The position numbers and the translations under genes were made by a program. The notes below the pieces were generated by a model that searched no databases, was not told where the DNA came from, and was given only the letters and a program-made list of their open reading frames with translations. This document shows, piece by piece, positions 1-10,988 of a DNA stretch of 64,000 nucleotides. The first letter of the stretch is position 1. Each line of letters starts with the position of its first letter. Source of the DNA: an uncultured Eubacteriales bacterium (GTDB taxonomy: Bacteria; Bacillota; Clostridia; TANB77; UBA1234); the NCBI GenBank assembly GCA_964515475.1, contig CAZEVD010000003.1, forward strand, positions 521 through 64,520, given 5' to 3'.

Positions 1-66
1 TACATAATTTAACAAGTGCTAATATTAAAAAATTTTTTGGTTATCATATATAAAGAGGTGTTTTTT

Positions 67-744
67 ATGAAACTTATTATTATATCAATTTTAGCTTTAT
101 TTACATTTTCTGGATGTTCAAACATTTCAAATAACGAAGACGTCAATATTTCTAGTGGAGAAACGCTCTCTGCAGAAATTCCTAGCAATCAAACATACAG
201 AATTTCGCCTAGCACTTCACGTATATTACACGATAGTATTGTAACTATAGAAAAACGTGATGAAACAAGCAAAGACAATGATTATATTCATCTTATTGGT
301 ACCTACACAAGTCCTATTTTAACCACTGATAACAATCGTTATACAAATATACAAATTGTATCGACAAGGTTAGATGGCTATATTCTAGAACCAAACCAAG
401 AGTTTTCATATAATAAAGTTTGTGGTCCTTATGGTCAAGATGATGGTTTTTTAGAAGCAGAAATTCTATTAAGCGATGGTACAACCGAAAAAGGCTTTGG
501 TGGTGGCGTTTGTCAACTTTCATCAACGCTATATAATGCTGTTAAAAATTTAAATATTGATATAACAGAGCATCACCATCATAGCAAACCCGTAGCATAT
601 GTACCATTAAATCAAGATGCTACAGTAAGCCTACAAAGCAATTTAGATTTCAAATTCAAAAATACCTATAATGGCAATTTACTATTCGAAACCTTTTGTG
701 ATCCCAAAAATCTTACTGTAAACGTATATTTAGAAGAATTATAG
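67..744 (+). CDS. VanW-domain lipoprotein
   Basis: ATG at 67 is preceded by AAAGAGGTG RBS. Signal peptide with lipobox (FSGC). VanW-like motifs GGGVCQLSSTLYNA and HHHSKPV. Confidence 0.75.
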   Translation: MKLIIISILALFTFSGCSNISNNEDVNISSGETLSAEIPSNQTYRISPSTSRILHDSIVTIEKRDETSKDNDYIHLIGTYTSPILTTDNNRYTNIQIVSTRLDGYILEPNQEFSYNKVCGPYGQDDGFLEAEILLSDGTTEKGFGGGVCQLSSTLYNAVKNLNIDITEHHHHSKPVAYVPLNQDATVSLQSNLDFKFKNTYNGNLLFETFCDPKNLTVNVYLEEL

Positions 745-749
745 CATCA

Positions 750-790
750 AAAAAAGGAATGACGCATCTCGCATCATTCCTTTAATTTTT
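750..790. terminator. Bidirectional rho-independent terminator between vanW-like gene and mreB
   Basis: Hairpin AGGAATGA..TCATTCCT flanked by A-run and T-run. Confidence 0.6.
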
Positions 791-1811
791 AATATTTAGG
801 TATTTTTCTTCTCGCATCTAGTTTCATAAGCATATCTACATTTTCCAGAGCTTTACCAGTTCCTAATGCAACACAAGAAACAGATTCTTCAGCAATCATT
901 ACATTTATTCCCGTTCTCTCTTGAATTAGTTTATCGAAACCATATACTAAGCATCCTCCACCAGTCATATAAATTCCTCTATCACTTATATCAGCAGATA
1001 ATTCTGGCGGTGTTCTCTCAAGAACAGACATAACAGCCTCAACAACTTGTGTAGCAGGTTCTGTAAGTGCTTCTAACATGTCATCTGAATTAACAACTAA
1101 GTTAACAGGAAGACCCGTTGTAAGATTTCTTCCTCTTACATCCATTTCAAGTTTTTGATGTCTTGGAAATACACAACCTATATTTATTTTAAGTTCCTCA
1201 GCTGTTCTATCACCAAGAATTACATCATATTTTTTCTTTATATATTTAATAATAGCTTCATCAAACTTGTTTCCTGCAACTTTGATTGAAGTACTAACAA
1301 CAGCTCCACCAAGAGAAATAACCGCAATATCAGTAGTTCCACCGCCCATATCGACAACCATACTTCCACAAGCTTTATTTATATCCATTCCAGCACCAAT
1401 TGCCGCAGCAATAGGTTCTTCAATTAAATATACTTTTTTAGCACCAGCTTGCATAGATGCATCAATAACCGCTTTTTTCTCAACTTCAGTTACACCAGAA
1501 GGCACACAAACCATTATTGTAGGAGAAATTATAAATTTGCCACAAACTTTTCTAATAAAATATTTAAGCATTTTTTCTGTTGCAGCATAATCAGAAATTA
1601 CACCATCTTTAAGAGGTCTTATAGCAACTATATTACCTGGAGTTCTACCAAGCATTCTTCTTGCTTCCTCACCTACTGACAAAACTTCTCCTCTATTTCT
1701 ATCTATAGCAACAACTGACGGTTCTCTAAGGACAATCCCTTTACCTTTTACGTGCACAAGTACAGTCGCTGTACCTAAATCTATTCCTATGGATTGGCCG
1801 ATTCCAAACAT
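789..1811 (-). CDS. mreB: Rod shape-determining protein MreB/Mbl
   Basis: Actin-like ATPase motifs (GIDLGTA, DMGGGTTD). Length about 340 aa. Start taken at MFGIG. Confidence 0.9.
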   Translation of the reverse strand: MFGIGQSIGIDLGTATVLVHVKGKGIVLREPSVVAIDRNRGEVLSVGEEARRMLGRTPGNIVAIRPLKDGVISDYAATEKMLKYFIRKVCGKFIISPTIMVCVPSGVTEVEKKAVIDASMQAGAKKVYLIEEPIAAAIGAGMDINKACGSMVVDMGGGTTDIAVISLGGAVVSTSIKVAGNKFDEAIIKYIKKKYDVILGDRTAEELKINIGCVFPRHQKLEMDVRGRNLTTGLPVNLVVNSDDMLEALTEPATQVVEAVMSVLERTPPELSADISDRGIYMTGGGCLVYGFDKLIQERTGINVMIAEESVSCVALGTGKALENVDMLMKLDARRKIPKY

Positions 1812-1940
1812 CAGTATCACTTACCTTTCTTTAATAATTTTACTCTATCTTTACGTTTCTGTTACGATTATATTACATGAATATATAAATATCAAATAGT
1901 TTTAAAGTTTTTATTTATCAGCGCTCTATATTATGTAATC

Positions 1941-4900
1941 TCAATCAGTTTCAATTTCTTTTTCAAGCTCAAATGAATAAATATATGTTTTTACAACTTT
2001 ATTTCCAGTAATATTTTCAAGAGCTTTTTTGTAATACTCTAATTGTTTCTTATATCTTTCCAAAAACTCTGATTCGTTTTTTAACTTATCGCTTTTATAA
2101 TCAATCAAAACTAGACCGTTATCAGTTTCGCAATATAGATCGATTATACCTTGTATCATTATTTCTTCATCTTCCACAGTATCATCAAAAATATTAAAAA
2201 CATCTTTAGCAGATAATTCTAAATTAAAAGGAACTTCTCTGTGAATTCTATTAGCTGATGAAATAATTTCATAAATTTTACTCTTTGAAAATTTAATTAA
2301 ATCCTTTTCTAATCTCCTCTTTGCTTTTTCATCTTCAACATCTTGTAATAAATTTTCAATATCAAAATTTGAATAATCTATTTTTTCCATTTTACTATGA
2401 AGTAAAGAACCATACGTTGCACCAGATATCTTAGTTTCCTCAATAAAGTTTGGTGTTTCTACTGCTTTTGTTTTTTGAATATTAACTAAATCATCAATAT
2501 TGTGCAATCTTTTCAATTCGCTAACTGAAAGTTTAGAAGGTATCTTAGTTGCTAAACTATAAGGATACTTGTAATTCATCCTATTATTTATAAATACATA
2601 TTCCTCTTCATCATAACTATTTTCTATAACTTCCTTTTCTTCTATTGACTCTTCATTATTAGATAATGAAAGTACATCATTATATGACCATTTATTTACC
2701 GTCCAATTATTATCAGTAGATAAAACAACATTACATATCCAATCAGCAAATGAAGATGCTGAAGATATTTTATAATTAGTAATTTTAGAAGACCACTCAT
2801 CAATTCTTTTCTCTATATTTTGTGCTAATGTAGTAATAATAAGTTTTTCTTTGGCACGAGTCATGGCAACATATAAAATTCTCATTTCTTCTGCAAGAAG
2901 TTCTTTTTTGCATTGTAATTTTAATGCTTGTTTAGGAATACTTTCATAAGTAACTCTATGTTTAGAATCTACAATATCAAATCCAAACCCTAAATCTTGA
3001 TGACATACAATTTGCTTTTGCAAATCCTTTTTATTAAATTTTCTTCCCATACCAGAAAGTATTACTATGGGAAACTCTAACCCCTTACTCTTATGAATAC
3101 TCATTATTCTAACAACATCATCGGCTTCAGATAATTCTGCCGGAGAATCTATATCTCCAGATGTTTCCTTTACATTCTTTATAAATGTTAAGAAATTATA
3201 TAACCCTTTAAAACTAGATTTTTCAAAATCAGTAGCTTTCTTTAATAACGCTTTAAGGTTATTTTGTCTACGTTCTCCATTAGGTAATAATGATACATAG
3301 TAATAATATCTAGTTTCTTCAAACAAGAAAGTTATAAGTTCATTTAAACTTAAGTATCTAGACTTATCTCTCCATGAATTCAACTTATCTAAAAACGCTT
3401 TTACTTTTTCTTCCCCGTTAGTTGCAGCTATCATCATCGCTTCATAAAAAGGTGCTTTTCTTTCGTATAAACGTATCTTTGTTAATTCGTTTACATCAAA
3501 ACTTCCTATACAAGATCTTAATACTGAAAGTAAAGGAATATCTTGATATGGATTATCTATTATCTTAAGTAGTGATAACATTATTTGTACTTCTGGATTA
3601 TCAAAATAGCCAGTTTTTACATCAGCATATACAGGTATATTTCTATTACCTAATTCTTGTACAAAAGTATCTGCTGCTCCTTTAGTCGCTCTTAATAATA
3701 TTGCTATATCTGAATATCTTGCTTTTCTCTTCTCTTTAGTATATTTATCATAAACTTCAAAGTTACCAACTAATTCTTCTATACGTTTTGCAACCACTCT
3801 TGCTTCTAATTGTAATTTTTCCTCAATATCATCTTCAACATCGCTTTCATCCTCTTCATCATTCTTTTTCTCGATGATATTTAATTCGGCAGGTTCACCT
3901 TGATATCCATAATATGAAGCACCAAATCTTAGATATTCCTCTTCATCATACTCAATCTCTGCGGTATCTTTATGCATTATATTCTTAAATATAAAATTAA
4001 CATCATCTACTATATTTTCATTACTTCTAAAATTCTTAAATAATAAAATTTTGTTTTCTAACTCTTGTTTCTCATCATCTATATAATGAGAATATGTATT
4101 ATATTTTCCTAAAAATAGTTCAGGTCTTGCTTGTCTAAACTTATATATACTTTGTTTAACATCTCCAACCATAAACATATTTCCAGTAGAAATTTTATTA
4201 AGAATAGTTTCTTGTATAAGATTACTATCTTGATACTCATCTATTAATATCTCTTGGTATTTGTCTTTATAATCTTTTAATACATCCTCATTATCTTCAA
4301 ACAACTTCAAACACAAATGTTCTATATCACTAAAGTCTAATGAATTTCTATCAGCCTTTTTTTGGTCATATCGATTTATAAAAGCTATTATTAGTTCCTT
4401 TATACCTATAGCGTGTCTATACGCAATTTTTAAATCAGATACTATTTCACTAGATGAAGATATAAATACATTATCTCTTAAGTCTTTTTCAATAATATCT
4501 TTCATCTTAGCTCTAACAGATTTAACTTCTTCTTTTAACTCTTCATCCATTTTGTCAGCTCTCTTCAAGCCTTCAAACTTAATAGTAGCAAATACGTTAT
4601 AATAATCATCCCATGTAAAATTATTTTTTCTTAAAGCTTCTAGTTGTAAAATATCATCTTGTACAACGTTTAAATAATTTTTAGTATCAGGATCATTAAT
4701 CATCATATCTTCAAGATTTTTTAACTCTTCTACTATTTCTTCTATTACTTTTCTTGCATACCTTATCAGCATATCTCCCCATAATGTTTTAGAAAAGTCT
4801 TCATCATGTACATTATACATTTCACACTTTTCTTCAAGCCATTCAATTGGTTTAGGACAGCTACTAATAAAACGCTGTATAGACAATATAAGATTTATTA

Positions 4901-5423
4901 AACCTTCATCTGATTTATTACTAGAATATGCTTCTAATACATCTGTAACAATTTCATCACTTGATTCATAATATTCTTCTAAAATTTCATCTATTGATTC
5001 AAGCTTTAATAATTCTGCTTCTGTAGAATCAACAATTTTAAAATTAGGATCTATATCTAATTTATAAAAATAATCTTTTACTGCTTTCTTACAAAAAGCA
5101 TCTATTGTCATTATGCTTGATCTATTTAAATACAAAATTTGTTTTTGTATATCTCTATTTTGACTAGCTTCTTGATATAGTCTTTCTCTTATACGTTCTT
5201 TCATTTCACTCGCTGCTGCATTAGTGAAAGTAACGATTAGCATTTTGTCTATATCAATACCATCATCTATAATTTTTCTAATAATTCTTTCAACGAGAAC
5301 AGCTGTTTTTCCACTTCCAGCTCCAGCTGCTACAAGGGTTTTAGAATTTCTAATTTTTATAGAATTTGATTGCTCTTTTGTCCATTTTACATCTGCCAAT
5401 TTCTTCACCTCCATTTGATGCAT
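1941..5423 (-). CDS. addA: ATP-dependent helicase/nuclease subunit A (AddA)
   Basis: UvrD-like Walker A (AGAGSGKT), 1160 aa, C-terminal nuclease domain. Lies immediately downstream of addB. The true start may be the downstream TTG after a GGAGGTG SD. Confidence 0.9.
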   Translation of the reverse strand: MHQMEVKKLADVKWTKEQSNSIKIRNSKTLVAAGAGSGKTAVLVERIIRKIIDDGIDIDKMLIVTFTNAAASEMKERIRERLYQEASQNRDIQKQILYLNRSSIMTIDAFCKKAVKDYFYKLDIDPNFKIVDSTEAELLKLESIDEILEEYYESSDEIVTDVLEAYSSNKSDEGLINLILSIQRFISSCPKPIEWLEEKCEMYNVHDEDFSKTLWGDMLIRYARKVIEEIVEELKNLEDMMINDPDTKNYLNVVQDDILQLEALRKNNFTWDDYYNVFATIKFEGLKRADKMDEELKEEVKSVRAKMKDIIEKDLRDNVFISSSSEIVSDLKIAYRHAIGIKELIIAFINRYDQKKADRNSLDFSDIEHLCLKLFEDNEDVLKDYKDKYQEILIDEYQDSNLIQETILNKISTGNMFMVGDVKQSIYKFRQARPELFLGKYNTYSHYIDDEKQELENKILLFKNFRSNENIVDDVNFIFKNIMHKDTAEIEYDEEEYLRFGASYYGYQGEPAELNIIEKKNDEEDESDVEDDIEEKLQLEARVVAKRIEELVGNFEVYDKYTKEKRKARYSDIAILLRATKGAADTFVQELGNRNIPVYADVKTGYFDNPEVQIMLSLLKIIDNPYQDIPLLSVLRSCIGSFDVNELTKIRLYERKAPFYEAMMIAATNGEEKVKAFLDKLNSWRDKSRYLSLNELITFLFEETRYYYYVSLLPNGERRQNNLKALLKKATDFEKSSFKGLYNFLTFIKNVKETSGDIDSPAELSEADDVVRIMSIHKSKGLEFPIVILSGMGRKFNKKDLQKQIVCHQDLGFGFDIVDSKHRVTYESIPKQALKLQCKKELLAEEMRILYVAMTRAKEKLIITTLAQNIEKRIDEWSSKITNYKISSASSFADWICNVVLSTDNNWTVNKWSYNDVLSLSNNEESIEEKEVIENSYDEEEYVFINNRMNYKYPYSLATKIPSKLSVSELKRLHNIDDLVNIQKTKAVETPNFIEETKISGATYGSLLHSKMEKIDYSNFDIENLLQDVEDEKAKRRLEKDLIKFSKSKIYEIISSANRIHREVPFNLELSAKDVFNIFDDTVEDEEIMIQGIIDLYCETDNGLVLIDYKSDKLKNESEFLERYKKQLEYYKKALENITGNKVVKTYIYSFELEKEIETD

Positions 5424-5426
5424 ATA

Positions 5427-8400
5427 TTAAAATAATTTTGTTTGTTCAAAAACTTCTTCGTTTTTTAGTTCTGCTACTTTCTTAAATCTATTTCCTAACT
5501 CTCTATCAAAATTACAAATTTCTTTATAATCACAATAAGCACATGGATTTTCTTTTTTTATTCTTAAAGGCTCATTAGCAATACTTCCATTTAGTATTTC
5601 CTCTGCAAACTTCTTAAGAATATTCTTAGTGTGCTTACACAAACTTTTTAATTCTTCTCTAGTTGCTGTTGGCATCTTAGAATATGTACCATCTTTTTTA
5701 ACACTAAGATTCAAATTATTAGATTCTTTTTCCATCTTGGTATCCATAGCTTGTACTAATCTAACATCAGCTAAAATTATTCCATTCATTTTTAGCTTTT
5801 CACGAATTTGCGATTCGATCTCTTCAGGAGAAATATTCTTTTTAGATTTAATCATTGGATCATCTAATTTTAAATATAAAGCTCCACCTGAAATTAAATC
5901 AGTAGAAGTAGCAACATCTAAGTATGTTATAAGTTGTAACTGCAATCCGTAAAAAACATTAGATAAATTAATTGCTTTTGAAGAGGATTTATAATCTATT
6001 ACTCTTACAAAATTGCCCTCTTCAGTTTTAGCAATATCTATTCTATCAATCTTACCATTTAAAACTAATCTATTACCTTCACTTAGTTCCAAAGTTACTG
6101 GTGGGTAATTTGAATTTTCTCCAAATGTCATCTCTGAACCAGAAACATCAAATTCACTATCTTTTACATGAAGAGTTATAATCCATAAAACTCTTTTTAC
6201 AATACGTTTTAATTTAATACTTAAAAATCTTAATCTATTGTTACTAGTGAAGATATTATATTTTCTCTCGCTTAATGTTTGATCTACTATTTGCGATGAA
6301 ATTTTATCTAAATCTTCTTTTTCAATCTCTCTCCAACTAATATTATGGCTTTCTAGATATTTAGAAAATTTGTCTAATATATCATGCATGAAAATACCGA
6401 CATCTGGAGTTTCTAATTTAAATGTTTTTCTTTCTTTTAAATTAAGACCATATTTTAAATAAAACATAAAAGGACATGATGCATACGTTTCCATTTTAGA
6501 AACACTAGATTTCATTACACTACCATATAAGTTATGAGATAAGTCTTTTGAAATATTTTTTGTTCTATTAGTATAGCTAAGCCCTGATTCAATTATTGAA
6601 ATAAATTCTGGGTTATTATCTTTATACCATTTATACACAGCATTCCATCTTGAATCTATATTTTCATTATCTGCTTTTTTTCTAGACTCACTTGCAAAAT
6701 GTACAAATGTTGATTTTTTCGTATTTATAAGATTTTCGAACAGATGTTCTTTTAGTATAAAATTATGCTCCGCTATATTAGGAAACATGTTTTTGATTTC
6801 ATTTATCATTGAAGAGGGTCTTAATGTAGTTCCTGTATTATCTGCAATTGGATACGATAAATGTATCTCTCTACTTGCAACTGTTAATATTTTATATATA
6901 TTAAAATTCTCTTCTAACAAAAGCATCTTTGTATCTTTTGCAATTTCGATATTATCCTCTAACAATTCATTTCTTTCAATATCTGATAAGAAACCTTCGC
7001 TTGTATATGGCATCGGGAATATTCCATCATTCACACCTACAACATACAAAATTTTTATATGAGAACTTCTAGAACGCGAAATATCTCCAACGGTTAAACC
7101 ATCTCTTGTAGTAGGAATCAAACCAATTTGTTTTGTAGAAATACCTTGTTTTAATATTTGAGCAAATTTATCGAAAGTAGTTTTCTTCTCGCCTAATGAA
7201 TTAACCATTTCATCAAGTAGCTCAACAAATATATTCCATACTTGAATATATGTATCAGCATAAGTATTTTCCATACTACTTATAACATCTGCATCTTTAA
7301 TTTGATTTAAAAATTCATCTATATTTTCTTTTATATGTATCTCATTTAAAAAGTTATATATAGCTACAGCAATATCTTTTATAGTCTTTTTACCTTCTAA
7401 AGACTCTTTAAATTTTATTATTGGAGTAACTACTAATTCTCTTATAGCATTTATTGAGTTATTTGTTTCTTCACTATCATAATCCCAATTACTTAACCAC
7501 TTGTTTCCTTTAATGCCATACTTCAAAACGTAGTTTTCTAATTTATCTATATCATTAATATCACTAACATTAGTTAGACCTGTTTTTAAGTATGTTATAA
7601 CATCTGCAGTTTGAAAATTCTTGTTACAAATATCTAATAACGATAAAACTAAACATATAAGCGGTTGCAAAGATAACTCTGTTTTTGAATCTATAAAATA
7701 CGGGATGTTATATCTTTCAAAAATCATTTTAAATATAGATTCATAACTTTCGCTATTTCTTGTTACAACCATGATGTCATTATATCTATAACCTTCATCA
7801 CGTATCTTTTTAGAAATGTCATATGCAACCTTTTCGACTTCATCATATAAATTTGGCATTATAGAAATATCTATATGTTTTGTTTTATCTATAAATTTAG
7901 AATTAGAAAAAGAATTAAAGTTCTTTTCTAAGTGACGAAGTTCGTCATTTTCAAATCTTTTTGGTTCATCTAGTGAAATTACATCTATGTTAGAAAAACG
8001 TTTTAATTTTTCAAACGTTTTGTTGTTTAGTAAAAACAACTCACTTGTATCCGCATCAGATGATAACTCAATAGAAATATCTGAAACTTTATTAAGCGAT
8101 TTTATAACTTCTAATTCTTGCGGTGTAAAACCATCAAAACCATCAATCCAAATCTTCGCATTTGCCACAATTTTTGATTTTTCTATGTAATTCGTAACTA
8201 TTCTCAGGTCATCATCATCGTCTGTAAATTTACCGCAAATTTGTCGTTCGTATTCTTCATAAATATACGCTAATTCTTTTAGTTTATTTGTTAACCTTGA
8301 ATCTTTAACATTAGAGTTTAATAATATGTCTGGCGTTACATTATAACGTTTAAATTCTGAAATTAAATCACAAACAGTTGTAACTAAACCCTGTTTTTTG

Positions 8401-8729
8401 TCTACACCTTTTAATAAAACTAATTCGTTTTCTAATTCTTTCATAATAGAATAAACAAGCATAGCTTTACCAGATTTAGAAATTGATTCTTTCTTTACTC
8501 CAAATTCGTTATAAATCCTATGACATAATCTTTTAAAGGTTAATACCTGAACTTCCAAAATACCGCCTTTGCCAATAACCTTTGAAATATCATATTCCGC
8601 ATTTAGTGAAAATTGTTCAGGAACAATATATATTAATGGACCTTCATATGAAGCGATTAATTGTTCTTTTATCTCATTCATACAAAAATAACTTTTACCA
8701 GATCCACTTCTTCCTCTAATAACTCGCAT
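5427..8729 (-). CDS. addB: ATP-dependent helicase/nuclease subunit B (AddB)
   Basis: N-terminal Walker A (GRSGSGKS). C-terminal Fe-S cysteine cluster (CAYCDYKEIC). 1100 aa. Adjacent to addA. Confidence 0.9.
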   Translation of the reverse strand: MRVIRGRSGSGKSYFCMNEIKEQLIASYEGPLIYIVPEQFSLNAEYDISKVIGKGGILEVQVLTFKRLCHRIYNEFGVKKESISKSGKAMLVYSIMKELENELVLLKGVDKKQGLVTTVCDLISEFKRYNVTPDILLNSNVKDSRLTNKLKELAYIYEEYERQICGKFTDDDDDLRIVTNYIEKSKIVANAKIWIDGFDGFTPQELEVIKSLNKVSDISIELSSDADTSELFLLNNKTFEKLKRFSNIDVISLDEPKRFENDELRHLEKNFNSFSNSKFIDKTKHIDISIMPNLYDEVEKVAYDISKKIRDEGYRYNDIMVVTRNSESYESIFKMIFERYNIPYFIDSKTELSLQPLICLVLSLLDICNKNFQTADVITYLKTGLTNVSDINDIDKLENYVLKYGIKGNKWLSNWDYDSEETNNSINAIRELVVTPIIKFKESLEGKKTIKDIAVAIYNFLNEIHIKENIDEFLNQIKDADVISSMENTYADTYIQVWNIFVELLDEMVNSLGEKKTTFDKFAQILKQGISTKQIGLIPTTRDGLTVGDISRSRSSHIKILYVVGVNDGIFPMPYTSEGFLSDIERNELLEDNIEIAKDTKMLLLEENFNIYKILTVASREIHLSYPIADNTGTTLRPSSMINEIKNMFPNIAEHNFILKEHLFENLINTKKSTFVHFASESRKKADNENIDSRWNAVYKWYKDNNPEFISIIESGLSYTNRTKNISKDLSHNLYGSVMKSSVSKMETYASCPFMFYLKYGLNLKERKTFKLETPDVGIFMHDILDKFSKYLESHNISWREIEKEDLDKISSQIVDQTLSERKYNIFTSNNRLRFLSIKLKRIVKRVLWIITLHVKDSEFDVSGSEMTFGENSNYPPVTLELSEGNRLVLNGKIDRIDIAKTEEGNFVRVIDYKSSSKAINLSNVFYGLQLQLITYLDVATSTDLISGGALYLKLDDPMIKSKKNISPEEIESQIREKLKMNGIILADVRLVQAMDTKMEKESNNLNLSVKKDGTYSKMPTATREELKSLCKHTKNILKKFAEEILNGSIANEPLRIKKENPCAYCDYKEICNFDRELGNRFKKVAELKNEEVFEQTKLF

Positions 8730-8802
8730 TTCTTCACTCCTTTTTAGTCAGATTTTCTTTAGTGAATTCCACGAAAATCATATCATAAAGCCATATTTAG
8801 AA

Positions 8803-8836
8803 CAAGCAAACAAAAAAATAAAGCTACAGTTCCCTG
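8803..8836 (-). terminator. Rho-independent terminator downstream of DUF975 gene
   Basis: Hairpin AAGCTACAG..CTGTAGCTT followed by a T-run on the minus strand. Confidence 0.55.
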
Positions 8837-8853
8837 TAGCTTTATGTAAATCT

Positions 8854-9558
8854 CTATAATACATCTCCAGTTTTTACATCAGTATCTTCTTCAGCATAGA
8901 TATCATCAAAATTGTTTATATCCGCATCTTGTGCATTATTTACTCTATCTCTTAAATATTTATCACCATTTCTTAGTTGGTCATAATATATTACAAATGT
9001 AACTAGCATGTATGGGAATAACCAAATATATAAAATGAAAAATGTTAATGGCGCAAGCATTGTCCAACCAATAAAGCTAAGCATCAAAACAAAAAACTCC
9101 ATTTTATGACCACGCATCATTTTCTTGCTTTCTGAAATAGCTGCTAAAGCAGATAAATCGGAATCAACTACTAAATAACCAACCATAGAATAACTAAACG
9201 CTGCTATTATACCTGGTATTACTAAAAGTAAAGACCATAAAAATGTAAATAATCCTACTAGAAATCCTGAAATTATAATAGGAAGCCATCTTTTAGCAAA
9301 ACAAATTGTAATGTCATTTAAACTTGCATCTCCCGTTCTTACGAATTTAAGTACATATGCAAAATATGAACCATTTAAAGCTACACCTAAAATACCAACA
9401 ACTAAACAGGCAACCCAACCGATTGGTCCTCCTATTTTTGCAACCAAAGTTGTCGCAACAGAAGATATTATCGCAACTAAAAGTAGTGGCCATATTAAAC
9501 GCCATTTGTTTCCTTTGATTTTTTCTCTTGCTAGTGCTTTTATTTCTTTTCTTGTCAT
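8854..9558 (-). CDS. DUF975-family integral membrane protein
   Basis: Multi-pass hydrophobic protein with an N-terminus typical of DUF975 (MTRKEIKALAREKIKGNKW). Confidence 0.6.
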   Translation of the reverse strand: MTRKEIKALAREKIKGNKWRLIWPLLLVAIISSVATTLVAKIGGPIGWVACLVVGILGVALNGSYFAYVLKFVRTGDASLNDITICFAKRWLPIIISGFLVGLFTFLWSLLLVIPGIIAAFSYSMVGYLVVDSDLSALAAISESKKMMRGHKMEFFVLMLSFIGWTMLAPLTFFILYIWLFPYMLVTFVIYYDQLRNGDKYLRDRVNNAQDADINNFDDIYAEEDTDVKTGDVL

Positions 9559-9609
9559 CCTTTGTTTCCCCCTCTAATCCAAAATTTATTAAAGTAAGTA
9601 TATATCAAT

Positions 9610-10173
9610 TTATTCAACAGTGTCTATAGTTAATTGACCTTCTGCTTCTGCCATTATTTCTTTTATCTCTGGAAGATCTGGTAAATCTTTTAATGATGTA
9701 TATCCAAACATTTTAAGGAAATCTTCTGTTGTCTTATACATCATAGGTCTACCTGGTGCATTCATTTTTCCAGCCTCTTCAACAAGATTATATTCTAATA
9801 ATTTATTAAGAGCACTATCAGAAGAAACACCTCTAATTTTTTCTATTTCCGCTCTTGTCGTGCATTGATTATATGCAACAATAGATAATACTTCTAAAGC
9901 CGCTTGAGATAACGTTGGCTTCGGTCTATTATCTAACATCCTACAAACATATGAATAAAATTTTTCTAATGTAGCAAGTTGATAAGTATTATTTACTTGT
10001 ATAAGTTGTATACCGCTATTTCTTTCAATCAAAGATTGACGCAATATTTTAACAGCCTCTTCAACTTCATTTATTTCAACTTCTAATATTTCAGATATTG
10101 CTTTTCCACTTATTGCTTTTCCACTAGCAAATATAAGAGCTTCTACAGCTTGTACTAGTTCTTCTTTTTCCAT
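9610..10173 (-). CDS. scpB: Segregation and condensation protein B (ScpB)
   Basis: Winged-helix ScpB pattern (VEALIFASG..., tandem wH domains). 187 aa. Confidence 0.85.
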   Translation of the reverse strand: MEKEELVQAVEALIFASGKAISGKAISEILEVEINEVEEAVKILRQSLIERNSGIQLIQVNNTYQLATLEKFYSYVCRMLDNRPKPTLSQAALEVLSIVAYNQCTTRAEIEKIRGVSSDSALNKLLEYNLVEEAGKMNAPGRPMMYKTTEDFLKMFGYTSLKDLPDLPEIKEIMAEAEGQLTIDTVE

Positions 10174-10214
10174 TCTTATCCTCCTGTTACATTTTTATAT
10201 TTTCATCTGTAAAT

Positions 10215-10955
10215 TTATTTTTTTAATCTTTGTCTTAAAGCCTCAAATACAACAATTCCACCAGAAACACTTGCGTTAAGCGAAGTGATTTTACCCATCA
10301 TAGGAATCTTAACTAAGAAGTCTGAATTCTTCATTGTCAAATCACTCATTCCTCTTCCTTCACTTCCAATGATAATAGCAATAGGACCTGTCATATCTTG
10401 ATCGTAGTATAAAGTTTTAGCACTACCATCAGTACCAACAACCCATACTCCTCTATCTTTTAATTGTCTAACAGCTTCATTAATGTTATTTGCTCTAACT
10501 ATAGGCACGTACTCTGTAGCGCCAACTGATGTTTTAGCAACAACTTCTGTAACACCAACAGCACGTCTTTTAGAAATAATAACGCCATGACAACCAGCAC
10601 ATTCAGCCGTTCTAATTAAAGCACCTAAATTGTGTGGATCTTCAATTTCGTCAGCGATTAGTATAAAAGGATCTTCTCCTCTTTCTGCTGCTAATGCAAA
10701 GATATCATCAATTTCTTTGTATTCAGTAGCTGCAACAAAAGCAATAACGCCTTGATGATGTTTTGTATTAGATAATGTATCCAGTTTAGACTTTTCTACT
10801 TCTGAAAATACAACGTGATTCTTTTTAGCAAGTTTAATAATTTCATTTATAGAACCTTGTCTTTCTCCTTTTTGTAAAAATATTTTGTTAATTGGTCTAC
10901 CAGATTTAAGAAGTTCAATTACCGCATTACGACCCTCAATTTTAAATTCATCCAT
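10215..10955 (-). CDS. rlmB: TrmH/SpoU-family 23S rRNA 2'-O-methyltransferase (RlmB-like)
   Basis: N-terminal substrate-binding domain followed by a SPOUT methylase fold with C-terminal knot motifs. 246 aa. Confidence 0.8.
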   Translation of the reverse strand: MDEFKIEGRNAVIELLKSGRPINKIFLQKGERQGSINEIIKLAKKNHVVFSEVEKSKLDTLSNTKHHQGVIAFVAATEYKEIDDIFALAAERGEDPFILIADEIEDPHNLGALIRTAECAGCHGVIISKRRAVGVTEVVAKTSVGATEYVPIVRANNINEAVRQLKDRGVWVVGTDGSAKTLYYDQDMTGPIAIIIGSEGRGMSDLTMKNSDFLVKIPMMGKITSLNASVSGGIVVFEALRQRLKK

Positions 10956-10988
10956 GTTTAAATTCTCCTAACTAAATTAAATATATTT

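Noticed and set aside
314-526. Antisense ORFs inside established genes (for example 314-526, 1267-1679, 5224-5418, 5629-5952, 11983-12183, 26469-27221, 44467-45150 plus-strand, 48947-49244, 50520-50760)
   Set aside because: They are fully embedded in, and antisense or out-of-frame to, strongly supported conserved CDSs. They have no RBS and their composition is not protein-like. They are typical six-frame artefacts of AT-rich or GC-skewed sequence.
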